A stretch of 64,000 nucleotides of DNA from Haliotis cracherodii. Taxonomy: Eukaryota. Below the pieces are notes generated by a model. That model was not told the DNA's origin. It did not search any database and saw only the letters and a program-made list of their open reading frames with translations. Positions 11,637 through 21,700 of the stretch are shown here, in pieces. The stretch is from NCBI RefSeq assembly GCF_022045235.1, contig NW_027266273.1, positions 18,166,001-18,230,000 on the forward strand, in the 5' to 3' direction. Made by a program: the position numbers and the translations under genes. The first letter of the stretch is position 1; each line of letters starts with the position of its first letter.

Positions 11637-12554
11637 TTGTAATTCATGAACTTATAGGCAAATTCTCAAGCCTGAGAATGGATGATTTGGCCATGCTTAC
11701 AACAAACAAACATACACATGGATTTTAACAACACGTAGGCATGCTCTTAAGAAAGGTAGGTTAAACTGTGGAGGGAGTTAGCGATAGTTTCGTGACCATT
11801 CATGTTTAGAAATTACATTTGACGATTATGTAAATCGGTCTAAAACATCGACACTCACGCATTGTGTTAGACACAGGCAAATGGCTTCAAAACTGTCGTG
11901 TTCTTAACATCAGACCGAGTAATGATTTCAGCCAAATTCAGTAAAATACAGCCCTACGATTGCGACCTGAGCTCTTAGGTTGGCACACCGTATCAAAATT
12001 GAGCTGCGGTTGCTGTGTTCAACAGGAGCAGCTTCACACTAAGATAACCTCTATTCTACCTTATTCGTTAAGGTTAACCCCAGCTTAAGTTGATTTGTGT
12101 AAAGGGACCTTGACTGTCGCTGATGTGCAATCATTCCAAGAATAGCACAAAAGTAACCCACCCACCCCACCGTTCCTACGGACCTGACCTATAGAAGCAC
12201 ATATTCACCGTATCCTTATTGGTTAATTATCCAGATTGGATTATTAACAGACCGCCGTCATACAGTGACAGAATATTGCTTAGTGAGGCGCTAAACAAAC
12301 AAACAAACAAATAGATACAAATAATTCAAAGTGTGATCAATAAGGACTTATGTAGTTTGTTGACTTGTTGACAAAAATACAAAATTCATATTCTGCTTCG
12401 CAATGTCTGTGATATTTGCATTGCTTACGGCGAGAGATCTGTTTGTAGTCATTCCCTAGTAGATATATAATGTACAGCATTTCGAAGGGTAAAAAGGTTC
12501 CGGCTTGACTACCCGCTGCATTTGTGCATGGAGTCACTTCCCGACTACACGTGT

Positions 12555-12666
12555 GGCTATTCTGTGTAGAAATGGGCTTCATGCATTGTGCCCCTGTACG
12601 GAATTGAACACGAGCCTTTCGCGTGACGACGAACGCTTCAACCACAAACTCCCCAACCGCCACCGC
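12555..12666 (-). mobile_element. Degenerate SINE family A fragment
   Basis: agaaatgggcttcatgcattgtgccc...gaacgcttcaaccac matches the family A head. Confidence 0.6.
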
Positions 12667-13329
12667 TGGGTGAGAGCTCTCATTCGGAATTAACACCTTG
12701 AACAGGTAACAACATGTGCGTGACATTAATGTGTGTCAGTACCAGCAGCAGCAATATTAATTTGATCAAGTGGAGAGTGGGCCACAAGGGTCTCTTTGCC
12801 TCCAATATTTTAGTGCCACACCATACGACTCTTGGAATGACGCTTCCATATACTTGGCAGTGCTGTTTATGCCACAACACTCGCATCATTCAAAAATGAA
12901 AGCAAATGTCAAATGACGTTTATTGCGAAAAACAATATGGAAGGCTGGACTTCCTCATTTATATCATCTGTGTAAAATTTGGGGATAAGACATTTAGTCA
13001 AGAATCCCGTTAACGCACATGTTTTTATACCCATTTTGGGGTAGTGAAATGCATGGGGCTTGCATGGAATGCATGCTTTTCTGTAGCAGTTGCGTTTTTG
13101 TGACTTGATTCCATACATGTACTACAATATTGCAAACCAAACTTTACTTGTTTGAAAAATACACTAAAATATTGGTGTCACAGGAACTTTTGTTGTTGAG
13201 TTTACAAAGAGCACAAAGTAAATGTTATGTGCAAAGTTAATCGTTCTACACAGGCTTGAAGATTAGGATGAAGGGAAACAGGGCTGTGGATCACTCCCTG
13301 CTAATAAAATTAAACGTCTAGAATCATTC

Positions 13330-14230
13330 AAAAAGCAAAACAACTGATGATCATATGATGACCCCAGTTTTGTACACCTCCATTTTTTTATATAAATGCT
13401 TTCTACCGCTGTGGTTGATGCTGCCCTTGTCAGAAACAGTGAGTGAGTGAGTGAGTATGGTTTTACGCCGTTTTTAGCAATATTCCAGCAATATCACGGC
13501 GGAGGACATCAGAAATGGGCTTCACACATTGCACCCATGTCGGGAATCGAACCCGGGTCTTCGGCGTGACGTGCGAACGCTTTAACCACTAGGCTACCCG
13601 GCCGTCCCTTGTCAGAAACAAAATTGGATCCGCGAGCATGTTCCATGAGCCAAGCTTATTATGGCCAACTTGCTGTCGTTTGAACCATATTTGACCGTCT
13701 AGAGGCTTGCAGAAATCAGCTGGTCTGACTGATATAAATCTCATGTACGCTTCAATAGGACTCGGGTCTGGATTATCCGGAATGGCCCAAAGACGCGGAG
13801 GAAGTTTCCGGTTATCTCTGATATTTGATCCAGTGCGCGTTTCGGTTTGTCGTTCATTCATCTCCATGGAAACAGTACCATGGGTGTCCGTTTACCGCAA
13901 ATGTCTCCCCAACACCTTTGTCTATGTGTTATCACCGATCCCATTCGGTATACGATGTTGTTCCACCACAGCAGGCTCAATAAGGATTCGGGATTGGATG
14001 TACCTAGTTGACCAGGTAACCACAGTTTTTTTCCAATTCACCATCGGATATTGCTCCCGCATTGTACAGCAAGTTGCCATCGCCTTCGTTTTATGTCAGT
14101 TTCTGTTTAGATGTCAATACTTCGAGACACTGTCAAAAAAGGCCCTTACACAGAGAGAGCTTCCATTGTCTAAGCTAACGGTCAAAGCTCGATAGCAGGG
14201 ATCTGAGGCTTCTGGGTTTATATTCTTGTC
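13330..14230 (-). mobile_element. Decayed Crypton-type (DUF3504) tyrosine-recombinase transposon, interrupted by a SINE
   Basis: Frameshifted motifs in order: GQLGTSNPESLLSLLWWNN, WGDI, MEMNERQTETRTG, RPADFCKP, WFKRQQVGHNKLGS and, beyond the SINE, INHSGRK. These resemble CryptonA/ZMYM-KCTD1 YR domains. Confidence 0.75.
13439..13605 (-). mobile_element. SINE family A with a 15-bp TSD
   Basis: TSD cccttgtcagaaaca at 13424-13438 and 13606-13620. Confidence 0.93.
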
Positions 14231-14254
14231 TGTTTCTTGACTCCAGTCTGCAAC

Positions 14255-14460
14255 ATTACTATGTTTGTCGTAAAAGGCGACTAACAGGATCGGGCGGTCA
14301 GGCTCGCTGACTTGGTTGATGCATGTCATCGATCCCAATTGCGTGGATCGATGCTCATGAAGTCAATCACTGGAGTCTGGTCCAGACTCGATTATTTTAC
14401 AGACCGCCGTCATATAGCTGAAATATTGCTGAGTGCGGCGTTAAACAACAAACAAACAAT
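14255..14460 (+). mobile_element. Short retroposon family B, 5'-truncated
   Basis: Matches the B body and tail. Confidence 0.85.
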
Positions 14461-14595
14461 AAAAAAATCGTCATTTAAGATATCGTTGATCACTTTTTGT
14501 TGTATATCTACACCAGGTTCGTTATTTTCATACGTCATTGATGCTGTCTCTGGCACAATTGTAAATCGAAAACGGGACACTTGGATGATTGTTCT

Positions 14596-14830
14596 GGCTT
14601 CGTCCGATTCGCGAAGTCACAGACCGATCCTAACGGTTGCATGGCTTCGTCCGATTCGCGAAGTCACAGACCGATCCTAACTGTTGCATGGCTTCGTCCG
14701 ATTCGCGAAGTCACAGACCGATCCTAACGGTTGCATGGCTTCGTCCGATTCGCGAAGTCACAGACCGATCCTAACGGTTGCATGGCTTCGTCCGATTCGC
14801 GAAGTCACAGACCGATCCTAACGGTTGCAT
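14596..14830. repeat. Minisatellite, 5 x 47 bp
   Basis: Unit ggcttcgtccgattcgcgaagtcacagaccgatcctaacggttgcat at 14596, 14643, 14690, 14737 and 14784; one substitution overall. Confidence 0.95.
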
Positions 14831-15014
14831 AACTTTGTTTTCCCATGATTTTTCATAACAGAGATGACATGAATAGGCGAAAGTGTAGCCCTATTTTCGA
14901 CTGCGACTATCGTCTCCAGTGTAAACAAGTCTCACTTAAATATTTGTTCAATAAAATATACAACAAACTCGCAGATATACTAAATGTTACCATGCTTTAT
15001 CAAGTACCTCAATC

Positions 15015-15652
15015 CTACTGGTTAGCCAGGATAAGATGAGTTGTGACCTGACAATTAACCCCGTATGAATATGTATGAGGTCCGCCCACTGGCGCGTACC
15101 ATTGTGAAGAAAGGGGAAGTGGGTGGTCGGCGAAAAGCCGTCCGATGGATTTGTGCGTGTCCTGTCTCAGCTAACAACGAGTTCCAGTGGCGAGTTCAAT
15201 AGCACATAATAGTACGTGTTGATGTGACATACCCAATGAGTGTGAATACGGTGACAGCAACTTAGCACAGGTAACAACAACTAAGAAGTATCCCTGACAA
15301 TGAAGAAAAGGGAATGCTGTCTTTTACCCCAGAGAACACTACTGAATAGAGTCATGTCATTCCCCAAGGCTGGATGCTGAACTTACAGGCAAATTCTCAA
15401 GCCTGAGAATGGATGATTTGGCCATGCTTACCTTACTTTGACATGTTTATTGTTTGTAATTAAATTCTATCAACCATCTTGGAGAATCGGGAGCGTATTA
15501 ATCGGGAGCGAGAATCGGGAGCGTATTGACCTGCACGTGCATACCCTTTCTACCCTTAACCAACCAAATATATCTACCCAAATTCTGTGCACCGCCTACT
15601 TGTCTCAAACGCGTTTTGTGAGTTAGTTCAACTTATCCTGGCTAGCCAGTAG
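15015..15652. mobile_element. Non-autonomous TIR element, about 640 bp
   Basis: ctactggttagccaggataagatga is inverted as tcaacttatcctggctagccagtag; TSD unclear. Confidence 0.6.
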
Positions 15653-16869
15653 AATGACAATTCCGGCATCCCGTTAATATGATTGTCAAAGTTATGAATG
15701 AGAAAGACTATTTTCGTTAGTTTGAAGTAAAATTTTATGAATGAAAGAAAAGTAGTCCGTCATCAGGGTCGCTGGGGTCAAAGCTGCTTTTTAACCTATC
15801 AGCTACAGTGTACTGCACATGAATTGATATTTGCGCTGGTGCATATACGATTTTTATTAACTCTGTAGTATCTAATAAGTTACATTTTTCACATACATGT
15901 AGGTTAGAAATAACCGAGTAAATAAAACCGTATGTGCGCTAAGAGTAAATATCAATTCACGTACATGAGTGTATTGTCGACATCATCCGGGCGGCATTGC
16001 CGACGTCATTCGAATTTTATTGCGACGAACGGTCGGAATAACGTCACACGAGAAACGGCGTCATGGCTAAATGCGTCATTCGAAGATAGTGGTTTTCTAA
16101 GACGGCGGTGGTGATCAGTGAATTTTTCTAAAGGTGAGCTTTATTCAGAAATAATGAGTAATTATTACACTCGCATATGTGCCACACAAACTTTTAGGAA
16201 ACTCGTTTAAGAATTCATGTATTACCCTCGCTCTTGCTTGGGAAATACAAGAATTCTGACACAAGTTTCACTATGTTACATGAGTTACGGCTTGAACAGT
16301 TTGGTAAAATTTAGGCACTACAAACAGTTCTATCCCATCATGTAACGTAATCACTTGTGTAGCTTGAATGGTTCTATACATTGCTTCAGCAACATCGGGT
16401 TGGGTGCGCAATGATGTGTTCTGTGAGAAATGTTTTTTAATTGTTAAGCATTTAACCAACATAGAAACGGTATTTAGCTGTGTACAGAATTAACCGGCGT
16501 TAAGACTGAATGTTCTGTTTGGCCTCTTACCAGCTCTTGTGTTATAGACTTCAGCATTTCTAATGTGTGCATTGGATCCAGAGAGTGATCACATAAAATC
16601 ATAACTGAAATAGGTGATCTGTTTTCAACATTGTTCACTTTAATAAAGACAATTACAAATACGATATTTGGAATGTCTAAGACAGCCTCTGAACAGTCTT
16701 ACAGTGCTCGCTGAGGTGTTTTACACAAAACTAAACATAATGAGTGAGTCCGGCCAGTACAGTAGGAAAATACAACACTCTTGAGACTCACGTGCCTTCT
16801 GTACAATATATTATCACTACCATATTTGCAGATACAAAATTGTAACTTTCCTTCTTTAGATATATTTAG

Positions 16870-17146
16870 GGGGCACGGATGGCCCAGTCGTCTAAGGCGC
16901 CGCGATTCCCTGTGCAGATATGCGCCCCTTAGGCACGCCAGAAACCTATGATTGTGGGTTCGAATCCCTGTTTGCCCCGATTATGCTTCTAGGTTTGTCA
17001 GCGCCATACCCGTGCTGGTGGGTTTTACCGAAGTGATAAACGTTTGAGACCTGCATCACTTCGGACTTTCCTCCCACATCAAGCTGACACGCTGTGATAT
17101 AACTGGAATACTGTTAAAAGTGGCGTTAAACCCAACTCACTCACAC
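16870..17146 (+). mobile_element. SINE family C inserted antisense in the 3' UTR of lectin copy 1
   Basis: TSD gatatatttag on both sides; lies between the stop codon and the polyA signal. Confidence 0.9.
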
Positions 17147-17223
17147 GATATATTTAGTAGTGTATACATTCTATTAAAGAGATACAGAATAATGAACATC
17201 GATATATCTTGACACCAAAGTGC

Positions 17224-19440
17224 CTAGTCAACCCCCGTAACGTCAATCTCACAGAGAGCATGTAACTTCCCTTTTACGGCATAGGCACCCCATACGCCAG
17301 AAACAAACATCTTGCCATAAATCTGCCCAGTTGCATTCTGCATCAGGGGATTCCAGTTGGTGTAGGGCCCAAGATACTGTCCGTTTGTCCAGCGCCAAGC
17401 TACATCGATGTTAGCACGTTCCAGACCGATCCACACAGTTCTGTCTGTAGACATGAAAACAGTCGTGCTGTGAATTTGTGATTTAATGCCCATATTGTGT
17501 TGTACATATAAAGGAACATGCATAAAATCCATGTAATGGTACCAGGTAACCATTGAATAATGTGAATTATTGCAAATCGCTCACCTTAGTAATCGTTCAC
17601 CAATACCACAAAGAAAGATTTTGTTTTTCGCCACAGTCAGCAACATCATAACGAACCAGGGCTGCTTTGTAACATACGTGCACCTTGTAGATTAACATGA
17701 CGTGACATAATAAGTCAAAACATGAGTACGTATCACGAGGGTATTGACACCCATTCTCTGTGAGAGAAAAACAACGTGCCTTAGGATTGTCCCACTGAGT
17801 CCCGTCTGTATATTACATATATCAGGGGGGGGCGGTGGGGTAGCCTGTTGGGTAAAGTGTTCGCTCGACACGTCAAATACCCGGGTTCGATTCCCGACAT
17901 GGGTACAATTTGTGAAGCCCATTTCTGGTGTTCCCCGCCGTGATATTGCTGGAATATTCTAAAAGCGGCGTAAAACCATACTCACTCACCCACATTTATC
18001 AGGTGGAATTATGAGTTGCACTTACCGTTTGCAACAATGGAAGCTTGTTTGTTGTCCTCCTCAGATTTTATGAAGGCGAGATGTCCTGAGTTCTCCATAC
18101 ACAGTATCTTGGCGTCTGGAAAACGCATGCTTGAAGATGTATGCTCCCTGAGACACTGGTTTGTGAAACGACTGTAGATGTAGGTGGCGGGACAAGCACC
18201 TGGAAGAAGACAGTTGTAAGTTTTAACTTCGCAAGACATATTAGAACTTGTTTTTAGTCTAGACTTGATAAACAATCTTGGAAAGTGTGCTGCATTGAAA
18301 AGTGCTGGTTCTGTTCATGAGAATCATGATCTAAAAATTAGGATTACATCTGAACTCTAAAAATCATTTTAATTAGCCTCTTTGTGTCTGAGGAGATAAG
18401 GCTTTAAATTTTCAAAAACTGAGGAAGACGTTTTCAATTTTTTTTAAAATAATAGAATTGTGTTTTTTTATAATAAGGCGATTCTCAAATATTTTCATTA
18501 TTACATAATTCTATTTAAATTTTACTGGCATGAACAAATCTGAAACCAAAGCTGCTGCAGATCATATCAATGTCAAACATTCCTGAACCTTGCAGTTTTT
18601 TGGCAGAAAATGAAGCTGAATATTTTCACAAAGTGTCAGTATTATTTCTTCAGCGGGTGTGCAAGTGAAGACATTAACTTACGGACAGACTAAAGGAAAG
18701 ATGACGGATAACACACTTAAACCTTTTATATATTTGACAGAACGCATCTATGGGATGTCACTTAAACTTGTCGTATATCCGATGAAGTGTTGCTAAGTTG
18801 AATCATAAGCTACAATTGATGAAATATGGTCAGAAATACCCTGTTTATTTTTATAGATATACTAAATCAAGCGTGTTTATGTCTCGTATCCAGATGGTTA
18901 CAACAACCACCCGTCATCCTGTATCAACAGGGCGTTGCAGAGGCTATATTGGACATTAGGTAAACATGCTAGAAATTGTTTTTGATGAACGAGAAAATGA
19001 CATTAAAACGTCTAATTAAAGATTCAGTCCATTTTCAATGGCAGGATAGGGAAAAATTAGAGTTAGAAATGAAATGAGTTATCAAAAAAGTACTTTCAGT
19101 GACGCAGTTTAGCTTCATCTTTTTTCCAAGTTTGATGTGTACGTTTCAGTAGAAAATGTTAACAATTGTGAAGTAAAAGAATACAATTTTGGATGATAAC
19201 ACACTTACTGTTTCTCAGAGAATAGTATTGAACACCACTCCGATCCTGGAGCTGGTGACTTGCACCGTACACATACTTCTCCAGGTAGCACTCATGAGTG
19301 TTGACATCATAAAAGAATGAGGAGCAGTTTGGATGGTTTACACAGGCTTGTGCGCATCCTTCCTTGACGGTTACACGAGGCAAGAATGGGCCAATGTTAG
19401 CCACGATGTACCCAGTGAAGAACAAGGAGAATGTGAACAT
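17224..19440 (-). CDS. PAN/apple plus atypical C-type lectin-like protein, copy 1 (208 aa from the Kozak ATG)
   Basis: Exons 19209-19440, 18026-18199, 17224-17444; GT-AG introns, both phase 1; open frame. PAN pattern CAQAC...CSSFFYD...CYL. CTLD pattern CP..Y...C...AKILC....HLA.I...WIGL...WRWTNG...W...CE. The true N-terminus is uncertain. Confidence 0.85.
17825..17991 (+). mobile_element. SINE family A in intron 2 of copy 1
   Basis: A/B boxes and tail; TSD acatatatcagg and acatttatcagg. Confidence 0.9.
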
Positions 19441-19920
19441 GGTGGCGTCCTGTGCAGCAACGACTTAAGGTTCTCATATGCTGTGGCCTAAGTAGTAAAG
19501 TACATCACACAGCTTGATATTGACAATATTTGTGTTTCCATTAACGAGATAAATGCCGTTTTCGCCGAGAGTCCATTTAACTTCATATCGGAAATAGGAT
19601 GTTTGCACAGGGTTTTGAAAGAAAACATAAGGCAAAGTGAAAAATAGATGTCTCAACTGATCAAGAGTTAAGTGTATTTTTTATTGTTAAATATTATCCA
19701 GGCAACATGGCAGCCTCCATGCTTTTACCTTTTATGTCAACAAACCATATTAACTTTCAGCAATAGTTAATGAGGTTGAAATGACTTAGGGCCGTCATCA
19801 ATAGCTTATAATTATGCTTATACGAGATCAATTGATTTTTTTGTTGATAATGGAGATGGGTTATGCTCAGGCGTTGACGTTTTTTAAAAATTTACTGGAA
19901 CTGGGTCGATGTTTCTATTG

Positions 19921-20328
19921 GTGGTGTGTGTGTGTGGGTGCGTTCGTTCGTGCGTGCGTGCGTGCGTGCGTGCGTGCGTGTGTGTGTGTGTGTGTGCGTG
20001 GTGGGGGGCATGCTATTATTTCAGGGTCTAATGTGTTTTTTCTTTCTGATTTTCCAGTCACATTTCAAATTCTACATGGAAGGATGTTGTAATTGTCTCA
20101 CTATTCACTTAAACATAACAACTGCACGGAGGAATGTGATTTGAAAACAGTCCCTGGATTTTATCGAAAACAAATTGATTGTTAAAGGAATGGGGCGTGG
20201 AGGGACATGGGATTCTCTCCAAACAGATCAGTTTAAAATGTAAATATATACTCCTCAAACCCGATTCTTTCACATGACGATGGTTAATCTGTCCCAGCTG
20301 GTAGGTGTTGTAAAATACAGTCTTCCAA

Positions 20329-20359
<31 letters not shown>

Positions 20360-20361
20360 GC

Positions 20362-20392
<31 letters not shown>
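19921..20392. repeat. (GT)n/(GCGT)n microsatellites (about 19921-20000 and 20329-20392)
   Basis: Seen directly. Confidence 0.9.
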
Positions 20393-20393
<1 letters not shown>

Positions 20394-20799
20394 TTCCATC
20401 TGTCTGTGTATGTATGTAGTAGATATTTAGACATCTCAAATCAGAACAACCAGACAGTTTAATAAACAAAAACAAAACTAGTAAAAAAACTAGTAACTCC
20501 CTTTAAATGGGCAATTTGGTTCAACAACAAATTGCAAATTATCCGTAGACTTTCTATGGAGTTTTTGTATAATCACGTAAAAGTGGGAGACTTTTCCCTT
20601 GTAGTATGTGTGGTTCTTGCTATTGTACTGCAATACAACAAAGTAAAGACATGAATTTATGCAAACTAGATAGCATTCTGTATCTATATCTGAGACATAC
20701 ATCTACTACAAAAAGTTGAAACTCTCTGGGACAAAAGGCAACATACCTGTGAAAATTATAGGAGTGGATCACTGAATACCATCAAAAACTGTTTGATTG

Positions 20800-21028
20800 A
20801 CGGCATTAAGGGCATTATCGCTACTTTTTTCGTATCTTTCTATCGCTTTCTCGTCTGATGCTATCGCTTTCTCGTCTAGTGCTATCCCTTCCTCGTCTGG
20901 TGCTATCGCTTCTCCTTCTCATGTTGTCGTTGTTTTTGTCTTGTGATATCGCTTTTTCGTTTCATGTTCTCGCTTTACCGCGGCCGTAATTAAAGGCGAT
21001 AAAACGATGTCCCCTCTAGGCCGACATG
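20800..21028. repeat. Degenerate 21-bp tandem repeat, possibly within a small non-autonomous element
   Basis: About 4-5 gctatcgctttctcgtctggt-like units. Confidence 0.55.
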
Positions 21029-21349
21029 CCCTTTCCATATTCATCAGAAACATCTGTCAAAAGCAGAGGCGATTTTACGTGTCCGACTTTATCAATATCA
21101 TGTGGCTATGTATCAGTATTAAATATGACGACACTAAGCGTTGGCATAAAGGTGAGCATATCCTGTCTCACCAGTGGCACCCGTCACAAACACGTGCACA
21201 GGCAAGTCAACTAAACCCCCTGAAAAACAAAGGAACAAAACACATCCTGCAGATGTTAACCATACAACTTTTTGAAAGCTTTATAGAGGCCTTAAATTGT
21301 GAAACCTGGATCAAACTAATTTTGAACAAGAGTCGTTTGACACTCCCTG

Positions 21350-21700
21350 AGATCTTAGATAGATCAGCAAGAAGCAGAGCACAATTGGTTCCCACGAGGA
21401 TGCCTACTTCTTGCCTATATGTCTTGCACCAAGATTTTACATAGATGTTATCAGCTTGTTTTCTCAGTAAACATAAGATGACATTAGTTTTTGGATAGGT
21501 TGTCCTGATCATTGAAGATAGATGGCGCAAATGCAACCAAATCCTTTGAGTGTTTAAGAATCAACATGGTCTTAATTACACTTACCTTCTGTGAATATTG
21601 ACAGAGACGTTCCTTGATTGCAATATGGATTATTGTTAATGCGGGAGACACGGTTCTCTTCTTGTACAGACTTCTATGGACTTTAGAAATCCAGGCCAAC
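21350..21700 (-). mobile_element. Penelope-like retroelement RT remnant (truncated copies at the start of each 6.4-kb unit)
   Basis: DNIYVKSWCKTYRQEVGILVGTNCALLLADL resembles the RT motif QxxGIPMGTNCAPLLADL. Confidence 0.6.

Noticed and set aside
14596-14830. CRISPR-like array (palindromic repeat)
   Set aside because: Units are contiguous with no unique spacers, there are no cas genes, and the context is eukaryotic.
17825-17905. tRNA genes at the A/B-box motifs (also 10280, 10740, 13540, 16870, 53270)
   Set aside because: No complete cloverleaf; each continues into a SINE body and tail, several with TSDs.
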